Part shown: in pieces, positions 9,107-19,497 of the stretch
Layout of the letters: every line of letters starts with the position of its first letter
Numbering within the stretch: position 1 is the stretch's first letter
From: an uncultured Alphaproteobacteria bacterium
GTDB lineage: Bacteria; Pseudomonadota; Alphaproteobacteria; Rhizobiales; Xanthobacteraceae
Assembly: GCA_963828695.1 (NCBI GenBank)
Contig: CAWHFS010000001.1
Coordinates: 967,824 to 1,031,823 of the forward strand
Length of the DNA: 64,000 nucleotides
Direction: 5' to 3'
Notes under the pieces: model-generated
Told to the model about the DNA's origin: nothing
Databases searched by the model: none
Seen by the model: only the letters and a program-made list of their open reading frames with translations
Position numbers and translations under genes: made by a program

Positions 9107-9711
9107 CAACCAGCGCTGTCATGCCAGTGCGGCGTATAGCCTTTCGACAGCACTGCGAGGATTGCGGGCGGCGTGAGCACATCGACGTCGATGGCACGCG
9201 GACGCGGCCGGGCATCCCGGTAGCCTGACGGCGTCCAGCGCAGCAATCGCGGCCCGCGGACGGCGAACGGCTTGCTATCGATGGCAATCATCGCACCGTC
9301 AGGCAGCGCGGCGAGCGCACAGGCGTGGACACGCCTCGACTTTCCGTCGAGCCGCTCGGCATGCAGGACTTCGTCCATCGTGGCGGCCATTGCGCGTTTG
9401 CGCTTTCCGGAAAAAAGCGCCGCAAAGCGCTCGGCATCCTTGCGCCGGCACTCAAAGCAGGGGCGATGGCCGGCGGCGAGCGCCGTCACCTCGTCGAGAA
9501 AGAACAATTCGGTGTAACCGTCGCCCCAGACCGTGCGATGCCGGTCGTTGAATTCGAGGCGGCAACAGATCCAGGCCTTCGAAGTCCAGCGCCGTGTGCC
9601 GAGCTTGCGCACGCCGTCATGCAGCCTTCCGCCGCGGTTGCCCATAAGCGTTCCGCGTGCGGGTGTTGCAAACAGGTTTCCGAATGGATCAACACGGTTT
9701 TGCAGCGGCAT
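9103..9711 (-). CDS. Hypothetical protein with an Ada-like Cys motif
   Basis: MPLQNRVDPFG...WICCRL...ELFFLDEVTALAAGHRPCFECRR. Start moved to ATG 9711. Confidence 0.75.
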   Translation of the reverse strand: MPLQNRVDPFGNLFATPARGTLMGNRGGRLHDGVRKLGTRRWTSKAWICCRLEFNDRHRTVWGDGYTELFFLDEVTALAAGHRPCFECRRKDAERFAALFSGKRKRAMAATMDEVLHAERLDGKSRRVHACALAALPDGAMIAIDSKPFAVRGPRLLRWTPSGYRDARPRPRAIDVDVLTPPAILAVLSKGYTPHWHDSAGC

Positions 9712-9779
9712 CGCCGAGGGCTCAAATGCATGGTGACGGGAACCGGTCCGGCCACCATACAAGGCTCAAGATGACACTG

Positions 9780-10319
9780 TTAAGCGGCGGGGCGCCGTAG
9801 TTTGACGACGGCCCTGACGATCGCGGCCACCGTCGGCAATCTCGCCGCGTCTGCGTTTGTCAGACGCCGCAATGTTTCCGCAGCGGCAAGCCCGAACAGC
9901 AGCTTTGACGCAAGGCTTACTGCATAAGGCACCCCATGTACGAATGCAGGGCTGATCACCGGCAGCAATACGAAGAAGTTCGCCGCCCAGACCGCGGCAA
10001 GCGCGGCAAGCACAATAGCATAGGCGCCGCTGACGCCCTGCCTGCGCACTCGCACCTGCCACAGGCAGGCCACCGCGACACCCAGTAGCATGGCCAGCAC
10101 CATGTGCACGGCCACGCCCATCGCGACTGATGCCGCCGGCAGCATGGCGGTAACGCCGACCGCCGTAGTCACGCCGCGCGCCAGGATCGTCGCATCGCCG
10201 CCGGTGACGGCTGCGTAGACTGACACCCATGCGATCTCCGCCACTCCACCCGCCGCGCCAGCAAGGATGCCGCGTTTGATCGTCTCGGCAATGCCGCGTC
10301 CACCCATCGTCGTCGTCAT
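9780..10319 (-). CDS. Hypothetical integral membrane protein (about 4 TM segments)
   Basis: Hydrophobic segments GILAGAAGGVAEIAWV, MGVAVHMVLAMLLGVAVACLW, IVLAALAAVWAANFFVLLP and YAVSLASKLLFGLAAA. Perfect FNR box upstream. Confidence 0.7.
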   Translation of the reverse strand: MTTTMGGRGIAETIKRGILAGAAGGVAEIAWVSVYAAVTGGDATILARGVTTAVGVTAMLPAASVAMGVAVHMVLAMLLGVAVACLWQVRVRRQGVSGAYAIVLAALAAVWAANFFVLLPVISPAFVHGVPYAVSLASKLLFGLAAAETLRRLTNADAARLPTVAAIVRAVVKLRRPAA

Positions 10320-10380
10320 CTGGTTGCTCCATCAATGACATTTAATTTTATAAGTAAAACCAAGACCAAGCAGAGGCACA

Positions 10381-10394
10381 TTGATCGTTATCAA
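10381..10394. promoter_or_regulatory. Perfect FNR/FixK box
   Basis: TTGAT-CGTT-ATCAA, about 60 nt upstream of the 10319(-) start, beside an AT-rich stretch. Confidence 0.85.
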
Positions 10395-10446
10395 TAAGAC
10401 AGAACAGAAATACGGGCAGGACGGCGCGTCGTCCGCGCCGGCGCGC

Positions 10447-10483
10447 AAACAAAAACGCCCGCCTTGACGGCGGGCGCTCTTTT
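10447..10483 (-). terminator. Intrinsic terminator after ftsH (possibly bidirectional)
   Basis: CGCCCGCC-TTGAC-GGCGGGCG hairpin with an A-run on the left and a T-run on the right. Confidence 0.75.
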
Positions 10484-10498
10484 GACGTGCCGGATTGT

Positions 10499-12424
10499 CT
10501 ACCCCTGCGGCTGGGGCGCGACCTCGCCTGATGGCGCCTCGGGTCGCGGGCGCGGCTTGCCGGCCGGTGGCACGGCAGACGAGCGTGGCGTGGTCGGTTC
10601 GATCACCGACTCGCGCACCGGGCGTTTTCCCGCGAGCAGGTCGATGATTTCCTCGCCGGTCAATGTCTCGAACTCAAGCAGGCCCTTGGCCAGCACTTCA
10701 AGGTCGGCGCGCTTGTCGGTGAGGATCTGGGTTGCTTCCGAATAGCCAGCCTCGACCAGCTTGCGGACTTCAGCGTCGATCGTCTGCGCGGTGGCTTCCG
10801 AAATGTTCTGCTGGCGCGACACCTGGTAACCCAGGAACACTTCGTCCTGGTTCTCTCCATACGCAACCGTGCCAAGCTTGTCCGACAGGCCCCAGCGCGT
10901 GACCATCAGGCGCGCGAGTTTGGTCGCTTGCTCGATGTCGGAAGCAGCACCCGACGTAACCTTGTCGTTGCCGAACACCATTTCCTCGGCCACGCGTCCG
11001 CCCATCATGATGGCGAGGCGCGAAGTCATTTGTTCGCGGCTCATCGAGAGTTTGTCGCGCTCGGGCAATTGCATGACCATGCCAAGCGCACGGCCGCGCG
11101 GAATGATCGTTGCTTTGTGGACCGGGTCGGTAGCTTTGACATTGAGTGCGACGATGGCGTGGCCGCCTTCGTGATAGGCGGTCAGCATCTTCTCTTCATC
11201 TGTCATCACCAGCGACTTGCGTTCGGCGCCCATCATCACCTTGTCCTTGGCGTCCTCGAATTCGGACTGCGTGACCATGCGTTTGTTGCGACGCGCGGCC
11301 ATCAAGGCGGCTTCGTTGACAAGGTTGGCCAGGTCAGCGCCCGAGAAGCCGGGTGTCCCGCGCGCGGTGGTCTTGAGATTGACGTCGGGCGCGAGCGGAA
11401 CCTTCTTCACGTGCACTTTGAGAATGTTCTCGCGACCGACCACGTCCGGATTTGGCACTACCACCTGACGATCGAAGCGGCCGGGGCGCAGCAGCGCCGG
11501 GTCGAGCACGTCGGGCCGGTTGGTGGCGGCGATCAGAATGATGCCTTCATTGGCCTCAAAGCCGTCCATCTCGACCAGCAATTGATTGAGAGTTTGTTCG
11601 CGCTCGTCATTGCCGCCGCCAAGGCCGGCACCACGGTGACGTCCGACAGCGTCGATTTCGTCGATGAAGATAATGCAGGGCGCGTTCTTCTTGGCCTGTT
11701 CGAACATGTCGCGTACGCGGCTTGCCCCGACGCCGACGAACATTTCGACGAAGTCGGAGCCTGAGATGGTGAAGAACGGCACATTGGCTTCGCCGGCGAC
11801 CGCACGCGCGATCAACGTCTTGCCGGTGCCCGGCGGGCCGACCAGCAGCACGCCGCGCGGAATGCGTCCCCCGAGACGCTGGAACTTTCCAGGGTCACGC
11901 AGAAACTCGACGATCTCCTGCAAGTCTTGCTTGGCTTCGTCGACACCGGCGACGTCCTCGAACGTGACACGGCCGTGCGCTTCCGCCAGGAGTTTGGCGC
12001 GCGACTTGCCGAAGCCGAGCGCCTTGCCGCCCGCGCCTTGCATCTGGCGCGACAGGAAGATCCACACGCCGATCAGCGCAATGAACGGCAACCACGACAC
12101 CAGAAGCGATACGAACCACGGAACGTTGTCCGACGGCGGCCGCGCGGTGATCGAGACGCCCTTCGAATAAAGTTTCTGCACCAACCCCGGATCGCTTGGC
12201 GCGTAGGTCTGGAAGGCGGTGCCGTTGGTGAATGTGCCGTGGATGTCCGGGCCCTGGATCACCACGTCGCGGACGCGGCCCTGGTCGACATCGCTGAGCA
12301 ACTGCGAGAACGAAATCTCCTGCGAGGTCGTACGCTGACCCGGGTTCTGGAACAGCGTGAACAGTGCCAGCAACAAAAGAACAATGATCACCCAGAGGGC
12401 GAAATTCCGCAGATTGGCGTTCAT
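10499..12424 (-). CDS. ftsH: ATP-dependent zinc metalloprotease FtsH
   Basis: Two N-terminal TM segments, Walker A GPPGTGKT, Walker [30 protein letters not shown] and HEGGH. Confidence 0.98.
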   Translation of the reverse strand: MNANLRNFALWVIIVLLLLALFTLFQNPGQRTTSQEISFSQLLSDVDQGRVRDVVIQGPDIHGTFTNGTAFQTYAPSDPGLVQKLYSKGVSITARPPSDNVPWFVSLLVSWLPFIALIGVWIFLSRQMQGAGGKALGFGKSRAKLLAEAHGRVTFEDVAGVDEAKQDLQEIVEFLRDPGKFQRLGGRIPRGVLLVGPPGTGKTLIARAVAGEANVPFFTISGSDFVEMFVGVGASRVRDMFEQAKKNAPCIIFIDEIDAVGRHRGAGLGGGNDEREQTLNQLLVEMDGFEANEGIILIAATNRPDVLDPALLRPGRFDRQVVVPNPDVVGRENILKVHVKKVPLAPDVNLKTTARGTPGFSGADLANLVNEAALMAARRNKRMVTQSEFEDAKDKVMMGAERKSLVMTDEEKMLTAYHEGGHAIVALNVKATDPVHKATIIPRGRALGMVMQLPERDKLSMSREQMTSRLAIMMGGRVAEEMVFGNDKVTSGAASDIEQATKLARLMVTRWGLSDKLGTVAYGENQDEVFLGYQVSRQQNISEATAQTIDAEVRKLVEAGYSEATQILTDKRADLEVLAKGLLEFETLTGEEIIDLLAGKRPVRESVIEPTTPRSSAVPPAGKPRPRPEAPSGEVAPQPQG

Positions 12425-12562
12425 CAGGCGTCCCTAACCGCCGCGCGCAGCGCCGCGGCCATTGTCTCTATGCCGAGAATTCGTGGCAGTTTCACGTTCT
12501 ACCCGGCCGCGTTTAATGTAGGCACCGTGGAGCCCGGTGGAAAGGGCCCGAATCCAGGTATT

Positions 12563-13639
12563 CTACCGCGCATTCGTTGATTTTGCTTTGCCGGATCGGC
12601 GCGTGGTTAAGGTTTTGCCGCGCCGCGGCGGCGCCCTTTCCACCGCGATTTGCCCGCCCCCCAGTGTCACAATGGCTCCCGCCAGACTGCGCCGAAACCG
12701 CGTGCGACCGGCATTTTGGGCAGTATCGAGCGCCTCTTTCAGGGCTTCCAGCTTGGCAAGCTCGACCGGGCCTTCATCGCCGATTCTTGCAAGCGCACGG
12801 CCAATCAAGCGCAACGCGACCTCGGACGGCAGCCGGGCATAGCCGGCGGCATCGAAGGCGACGGCGCCCGGCGATGAGGGGTGCAGCGAAAGCTCGGCCT
12901 GGGCGCGGTCGACTGCCGATTCAATCGTCCGGTCCGCCCGTTCGAGCCGGCGCGCCAGCAACGACAGCCTGCGGGCGTCAAGACCTTCACGCGCCAGCGC
13001 CGGCATCAGACCGCGCAGCCGCGCACGCGTGAAGCGTGGATCGCGGTTCGATGGGTCGTCAGCAAACGGGATTTTCGCTGCCCGCAGGGTCGCGACCAGA
13101 CGGGATTTCGGAATCTCGAGCAGCGGTCGAACGAGCTTGATGTCCGGGTTCCCCGGCAGCGTCGAATTCCGCGACATTGCCGCCAAACCCTTCAGGCCGC
13201 TGCCGCGCATCATGCGAATAAGAACGGTTTCGGCCTGATCATCGAGCGTATGAGCAGTGAGGACATGCAGGGCGCCAGCTTTGCGTGCGGCGCCGGCGAG
13301 CAAGCGGTACCGCCCGGCCCGCGCGGCCTCCTGCAGAGCAGTTTTCGGTTTGGCGCCGGTCCAGCGTACTGTGCGGTGCGCGATGCCCAGCTTGCGCGCA
13401 AGACGTCCTACACCAGCCGCCTCGTGCCTGGATTCCGCGCGCAGACCATGATCGACCGTGGTCGCGATCAGCGCCGGCCCGTTCTTGCGCGCACCGCGCC
13501 AACGCGCCGCCAGGAACATCAAGGCCGTGGAATCTGGTCCGCCTGAGACCGCCAGTACAAGCACGGGCAAGTGCCCGAGATCGGAAAACAGCGATTTGGC
13601 TTCCGTGGACGAGACCGGCTCAGATTCCTGTGTGGGCAT
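12563..13639 (-). CDS. tilS: tRNA(Ile)-lysidine synthetase
   Basis: PP-loop AVSGGPDS, VDHGLR, AHTLDDQAET, RPLL and DPSNRDPRFTRARLR. Position upstream of ftsH. Confidence 0.96.
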   Translation of the reverse strand: MPTQESEPVSSTEAKSLFSDLGHLPVLVLAVSGGPDSTALMFLAARWRGARKNGPALIATTVDHGLRAESRHEAAGVGRLARKLGIAHRTVRWTGAKPKTALQEAARAGRYRLLAGAARKAGALHVLTAHTLDDQAETVLIRMMRGSGLKGLAAMSRNSTLPGNPDIKLVRPLLEIPKSRLVATLRAAKIPFADDPSNRDPRFTRARLRGLMPALAREGLDARRLSLLARRLERADRTIESAVDRAQAELSLHPSSPGAVAFDAAGYARLPSEVALRLIGRALARIGDEGPVELAKLEALKEALDTAQNAGRTRFRRSLAGAIVTLGGGQIAVERAPPRRGKTLTTRRSGKAKSTNAR

Positions 13640-13680
13640 GATCTTTACCGAAAACCGGTTCCCACTTTTCGGGATCACGC
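13636..13680. repeat. ~45-bp palindromic intergenic repeat (best copy)
   Basis: Minus strand GCGTGATCCCGAAAAGTGGGAACCGGTTTTCGGTAAAGATCATGC with self-complementary ends, directly after the cpoB TAG stop. Confidence 0.75.
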
Positions 13681-13681
13681 C

Positions 13682-14866
13682 CTAGCAGTGCGCACGCTTG
13701 AGTTCCTGGGCGACGCCGCGCTTTACGCTGGCCGAAGCGCGAGGATATTTGCGCCCGACTTCGGCCAGGGTGGCGCATGCAGCTTCCTTCTGGTGCATTG
13801 CCGCGAGCGACTGGCCGAGGCGCAACAGCGCGTTCGGCGCCTTGCCGGCGTGCTCGTATTTGGTCGACACCGCCAGGAACGATTCCGCCGCATCACGATA
13901 ACGCTGTCGCTGGAATAAGGTCTCGCCCAGCCAGTATTGTGCATCCGGCACCAGCTTCTCCTCCGGATGCCTCTTGAGGAAATCGCGGAAGGCCTGTTCG
14001 GCCAGCGCGTAATCCTTGTGCAGCACATAGCCATAGGCCATGTCGTATTCGTCTTGCGGCGAGGCCGAGGGCGGTAGCGTGGCCAGCTGCGAACCGGACG
14101 GGCCGGCATTGCGCGGCGGTGGCGGCAATTGAGATTGTACCGGCGGCGGCTGCGTCGTCACGGGCGCACCATTCATCGGCGCCGCCGTAGCCGGCGTGGC
14201 GCCCGGCGGCAGAGCAGCCGGAGGCGCCGGCGCATTGCTGGAAAGCGTCGAAAGGTCAAGCGGCGCACCCGCGGCGCGGCCGCCCGGCGCTCCGATCGCC
14301 TCGTCTGGCGTATTCGCGGCTTGTGGGGCCATGACCTGTTGAGAGCCGAGCACGCGCGGAGCGCCCGGCGCATTCGGATGCTGATTGGGATCGAACACGT
14401 CGGCACGCCGGCCCGGTGTTGCGGCCGGCGGCAAACCACCCGGCGCCGTCTGCGGGATCACCCCCGGCTGGCCTCCGGTCGGATTGCGCATCGGCGCGCC
14501 CGCGCCCTTGGAGCCCAACTGCTGGAAACGGTATTCGGTATCATCCTGCATGCGTTGCAGCCGCATCTCGAGCTGCTGGTTGCGATGCTGCAAATCCTCG
14601 ATGGTACCCGTGAGCTTGCGCAACGCATTTTCAATACGGTCAAGCCGCAGGGTGACATCAGCGCTGTCGGCTTGCGCTATCTGCGGCGTACGCGACGTCG
14701 GGGGCACCTCGCGCTGCCCCTGCGGCTCCCCCCGATTGAAAAGGTTGTCGAGAAAGTTGCCTGAGCGTTCCTGGGCCTGCGTGCTCCCGGCAGCGCCAAG
14801 AAGCACTGCAAAAGTTGCAGCCAGGATTGTGCAAGCTGGTTTTGTGCGGAGCCGGTTGCGTGTCAT
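13682..14866 (-). CDS. cpoB: Tol-Pal associated cell division coordinator CpoB/YbgF
   Basis: Signal peptide, coiled coil (LRLDRIENALRKLTGTIEDLQ), Pro-rich linker and C-terminal TPRs (AQYWLGE, KAPNALLRLG, KYPRAS). Confidence 0.92.
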   Translation of the reverse strand: MTRNRLRTKPACTILAATFAVLLGAAGSTQAQERSGNFLDNLFNRGEPQGQREVPPTSRTPQIAQADSADVTLRLDRIENALRKLTGTIEDLQHRNQQLEMRLQRMQDDTEYRFQQLGSKGAGAPMRNPTGGQPGVIPQTAPGGLPPAATPGRRADVFDPNQHPNAPGAPRVLGSQQVMAPQAANTPDEAIGAPGGRAAGAPLDLSTLSSNAPAPPAALPPGATPATAAPMNGAPVTTQPPPVQSQLPPPPRNAGPSGSQLATLPPSASPQDEYDMAYGYVLHKDYALAEQAFRDFLKRHPEEKLVPDAQYWLGETLFQRQRYRDAAESFLAVSTKYEHAGKAPNALLRLGQSLAAMHQKEAACATLAEVGRKYPRASASVKRGVAQELKRAHC

Positions 14867-14992
14867 CGGCGAATTGGACGCCCAGATCGGGTTTGTGACG
14901 GGATTGGACGCGGCTGCGTAGCATAGGCAGCCGAGTACGACCAGAATATGGCCACCGCCTCCGAAAAGCCCGCTGGCAGAAGCGGTTCCGTC

Positions 14993-17900
14993 CTACTCCG
15001 TCGCCGCAGGTTGCACAACCTTGCGGCCGCCGAGCCATTCCTCGAAGCGCTGGATCGCCACGAAAAACGACGGCACAAACATCACTGCCAGGCAGGTCGA
15101 TGCGAGCATGCCGGTGAATACCGTGATGCCGATCGAAGCGCGCGCATTGGCGCCCGCGCCGGACGCAAACACCAACGGCGCGACACCCAGGATAAACGCG
15201 AATGAGGTCATCAGGATCGGCCTGAAGCGCGCGCGCGCCGCTTCGACCGCCGAATTCGGCAATGTCGTTGCCTTCGGCCCGCAGTTCGCGCGCAAACTCG
15301 ACGATCAGGATGGCATTCTTTGCCGATAGCGCGATCAGAAGCACAATCCCGATTTGCGTGTAGAGATTATTGTCGATGTGCAACGCTCGAAGCGCGGCGA
15401 CCGGACCGACCAGCGAGATTGGCACCGCCAGAATCACCGCCAGCGGCCGATACCAGCTTTCATACTGCCCGGCCAGCACCAGATACACGAGCAACAACGC
15501 CATGGCGAAAACCAGATACATCTGATTGCCGACCAGCTTCTCCTGGTATGACATCGCCGACCATTCATAGTGCACGCGGGCCGGAAACGTCTTCGCGGCG
15601 ATCTGCTCCATCAGCGTCATGACCTCGCCGGTAGAATGACCGCGGGCCGGTATGCCGACCACCGTCGCTGAGGGATAAAGATTGTAGAGGCTGATCAACG
15701 AGGGGCCTGTGACCGGCGTTACTTTTACGAGCGTGCCAAGCGGGATCATCTCGCCGGCAGAATTGCGGACGGTGAGATTGGCAATCTCACCGACGCGCAG
15801 GCGGAAATCCGCGTCCGCTTGTACGAAAACCTGGAAGGTCCGGCCGAACTTCGTGAATTGGTTGACGTAGGACGAGCCGAGATACCCGGCGAGCGCAGAA
15901 AATACCTGATCCACGCTGACCTGCAATGATTGCGCCTTCACCCGGTCGAGTTCGACGGCATATTGCGGGGTATTGGCCCGGAACGACGACAGCACCAGAG
16001 CAATCGTCGATTGCGATGTCGCATTTTCCACCGTGGTATCGACCACAGTGGCAAGCTTGCTGAAGTCCTGGCTGTTGTCCTGCAACTCGATCTGCATCGT
16101 GAAGCCGGCAGCGAAGCCAACCCCCTGGATCGGGGGTGGCGGCAGAACGCGAATATTCGCTTCCTCGATGCCGCTCATCGCCTTGTTCAGGCCGGTAAGC
16201 ATTGGCAGCAGACCCTGCGCCTTGCCGCGCACGCTCCAATCCTTGAGGATGACATAGGCGACGCCGGCGCTGGAAAGCGAAGAGTTGTTGTCGAGCGGCG
16301 ATACGCCGGCGATGGTGATGACCTTGTCGACACCCGGCGTCTTGCGCGCGGCTTCACCGACGCGGTCAAGCACCGCCTGAGTGCGCGACAGCGAGGCACC
16401 ATCAGGCAACTGCACCGTCGCCAGCATATATCCCTGGTCTTCAATCGGGATGAAGCCCGTCGGCACCCGCGAAAATTCGTACATCGTGACACCGATAACG
16501 GCCACCGCCAGAACCACCATGATACCGGCATATCTGACGAGCCAGCGCATCAACGCCGCGTAGCCGTGTTCGAGGCGGTTATAGCCGGCATTGAAGGCGC
16601 GATAGGCAGCGTTGCGCTTTTCCATCGGAACAGACGGCCGCAGCCACAGTGCACATTGCGTCGGTTTCAGCGTAACCGCGTTGATGGCGCTGATCAGCGC
16701 GGTGGCCGCGATGACAAGTGCAAACTGCGCATACATTTGCCCGGTAAGGCCGGGAAGGAATGCCGCCGGCAGGAACACCGCGAGCAGGACCAGTGTGATG
16801 CCGATAATCGGACCGAAGAGAATTTGCATGGCGCTGATCGCCGCCTGCTGACCGTTCATGCCCTTGTCAATGTTGTGCGCGGCCCCCTCCACCACGATGA
16901 TGGCGTCGTCGACGACGATGCCGATCGCCAGCACGATGGCAAACAACGTTGCGAAATTGATCGTAAAGCCGAGCGCCGCCATGGCGGCGAAGGCGCCAAT
17001 GAGGGTCACCGGCACCGTCGTCGCCGGCACCAGCATGGCGCGCCAATCCTGCAGGAATACCAGGATGACGATGAGCACCAGAATCGCCGCCTCGAAAAGT
17101 GTCTTGTAGACCTCGTTAATCGACGCCTTGACGAAAATGGTCGTATCGAAGGGCACATCGTAGACGAGCCCCTGCGGAAAGCCGCGTGCGAGCTCAGCCA
17201 TGCGCCGTTTCACTTCGTTCGCCACACTGAGCGCGTTGGCGCCAGGCGTCAGAAAAATGGCGATACCGGCAGCCGGCTTACCATCCAGCGTGAATGCCTG
17301 ACCATAGGTCTGCGCGCCGAGGACCACCCGGCCAATGTCACGAACCCGCGTGATCTCACCGTTGCTGCCGGTCTTGACGACAATGTTGGCGAACTGATTG
17401 GGATCATCCAGTCGTCCGGAAACATTCAAGGTGTATTGGAATGCGACATCGTTGGGCGTAGGCGGCATTCCGATCTGCCCGGCCGTCACCTGCGTATTCT
17501 GCTGCTGCAGCGCATTGATCACGTCTTGTACAATGAGATTGCGCGCTTTCATCTTCTCGGGGTCGAGCCAAACCCGCATGGCATATTGGCCGGAGCCGAA
17601 CACGGTGACGTCGCCAACACCCGGCAACCGCGCGATCTCGTCCTTGAGGCTGATGGTGGCGTAATTGGCGAGGTACAGGCTGTCATAGGCTGCGTTGGAC
17701 GCCGTCAGGGTGACAATCTGCAGGATCGAGGTTGACTTCTTCTGCACCACAACGCCTTGCGCCTGCACCGCCTGCGGCAAAGATGACAGCGCGGAGGAAA
17801 CACGGTTCTGCACCAGCACCTGCGCGAAATTCAGGTCCGTACCGATCTCGAAAGTTACAGTCAGCGTATAGGTGCCGTCGGCAGTCGAGTACGACTGCAT

Positions 17901-18134
17901 GTAGATCATGCCTTCGACACCGTTGACCTGCTGCTCAATCGGCAAGGCCACGGTATCGATGATGGTGCGGGCACTGGCGCCGGGATAGCGCGTGGTTACC
18001 TGCACGGTCGGCGGCACCACGTCGGGATACTGCGCCACCGGCAGCTTGAGCACGGCGACCGCGCCAATCACGATCGTCAGGATGGCGATGACGTTGGCGA
18101 GGACCGGGCGTTCGATGAAGAATTTCGACAGCAT
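14993..18134 (-). pseudogene. HAE1-family RND efflux permease (AcrB/MdtB-like) with an apparent +1 frameshift near 15253-15254 (real lesion or sequencing error)
   Basis: The main frame has FIERP, VVDDAIIVVE and AKNAILIVE. The conserved end (AVEAARARFRPILMTSFAFILGV...) is in another frame and stops at 14993. Removing one base gives a 1046-aa protein. Confidence 0.85.
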
Positions 18135-18143
18135 GGCGCGCCG

Positions 18144-19304
18144 TCAGCTTTTGGCTGCTGTTGCGGAAGCCGTCTGCGGCTCGACCTTTTGTCCCGGAAT
18201 CGCCCGCAACAACCCGCCAACGATAACGCGGTCGTCACGCCCGATGCCCTTGTTGATTACCCGCAACGCACCTTCCAGCGCGCCGATCTCGACCTTGCGC
18301 TGTTCGACGACATTATCTTTGTTGACCACCAGCAGATAGCGGCCGCCTTGGTCGGTGCCGAGCGCACTATCAGGCACCAAAAGTGCATCTTGTTGCTTTT
18401 CGGTCGGAATTCGCACGCGCACGAATAGACCGGGAAGCAAAACATGTTTCGGATTATCGAGGATCGCGCGGGCCGTCAGGGTTCCCGTCGAGGCATCCAT
18501 GGTGGGCGAGAAATAGTCGAGCTTGCCTGTGTGCGGGAAGCCCGTGTCGGTCTGCAGACCAATTTCTACCGGCACCTTTTTCAGATCCTCCGGCGTCAAC
18601 CCGCGGGCGCGGATCTCGGCTCGGATGCGCAGCACGTCCTGCTCGTTGACCGAGAAATTCACATAGATCGGATCGAGCTGGACAATGGTGGCGAGCACCG
18701 TCGGCGAGGAGCCGACATAGCTGCCGACCGAAACCTTGCGTGCAGTGACGATGCCATCGAACGGCGCTGTCACGCTGGTGTAGCCGTAGTCGAGTTCGGC
18801 CTGCCTGGTGTTGGCGATCGCCTGGTCGAGGCTGGCCTTGGCGCTGTCGCGGGTGCCGACGGCATTGTCGAGCGCAGCCTTCGAAGCAGAGCCACTCGGC
18901 ACCAGCGCGGCCTGGCGCTGGTAGTCGGCTTCTGCCTTCACGAGCGTCGCGCGCGCGTTGTCCTCGGATGCCTTGGCGGCCTGCAGTTTGAGCTCGTAGG
19001 GCTTCTGCTCGATGACGAAAAGCACCGTGCCCTTTTTCACGAAGGCGCCGTCGCTATATTTGATGGCTTCGACGAACCCAGCCACGCGCGCCACCAAATC
19101 GGCTGTGTTGACCGCGGTGGTATTTCCGGTTGCGTCGAGATAAAGAGTGACGTTGCGTTGGAGCGGCGACGCCACACTCACCTTGGGCGGTGGCGGCGGC
19201 ACATAGGTGTTACTTTCGCCGCAACCGGCAAGAATGACCAGCGCCAGAAACAGCGGCGGCGCCATTGTCCAGGCATGGATTGAGGCCCTTTCGCCCGTGG
19301 TCAT
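18144..19304 (-). CDS. RND efflux periplasmic adaptor (MFP) subunit
   Basis: Lipobox-like ILAGC, ARVAGFVEAIKYSDGAFVKKG, APFDGIV and TGTLTARA. GGAGGGG precedes ATG 19304. Confidence 0.93.
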   Translation of the reverse strand: MTTGERASIHAWTMAPPLFLALVILAGCGESNTYVPPPPPKVSVASPLQRNVTLYLDATGNTTAVNTADLVARVAGFVEAIKYSDGAFVKKGTVLFVIEQKPYELKLQAAKASEDNARATLVKAEADYQRQAALVPSGSASKAALDNAVGTRDSAKASLDQAIANTRQAELDYGYTSVTAPFDGIVTARKVSVGSYVGSSPTVLATIVQLDPIYVNFSVNEQDVLRIRAEIRARGLTPEDLKKVPVEIGLQTDTGFPHTGKLDYFSPTMDASTGTLTARAILDNPKHVLLPGLFVRVRIPTEKQQDALLVPDSALGTDQGGRYLLVVNKDNVVEQRKVEIGALEGALRVINKGIGRDDRVIVGGLLRAIPGQKVEPQTASATAAKS

Positions 19305-19497
19305 CGCCCCTCCGCTGTCCGGAGCGGCCGAGTGGTAATGGCCAGACGATACCAGCCTTACTCGCCCGCGAGTGCGGGCAAGCATCCGATATTTCTCGAG
19401 ATTTGCAAGCGCTCAGGCGTTGCCGGCTGAACGTCCGGCAAGACTTGTCGGGCGGCAGTATCGCGCCGCCCGGACAATTGAAACGGGGAATGTCGCT

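Noticed and set aside
14658-15250. C-terminal ~200 aa of the listed 1158-aa RND ORF
   Set aside because: Out-of-frame read-through after the frameshift. The sequence is non-RND-like and overlaps cpoB, and the true end is in the 14993 frame.
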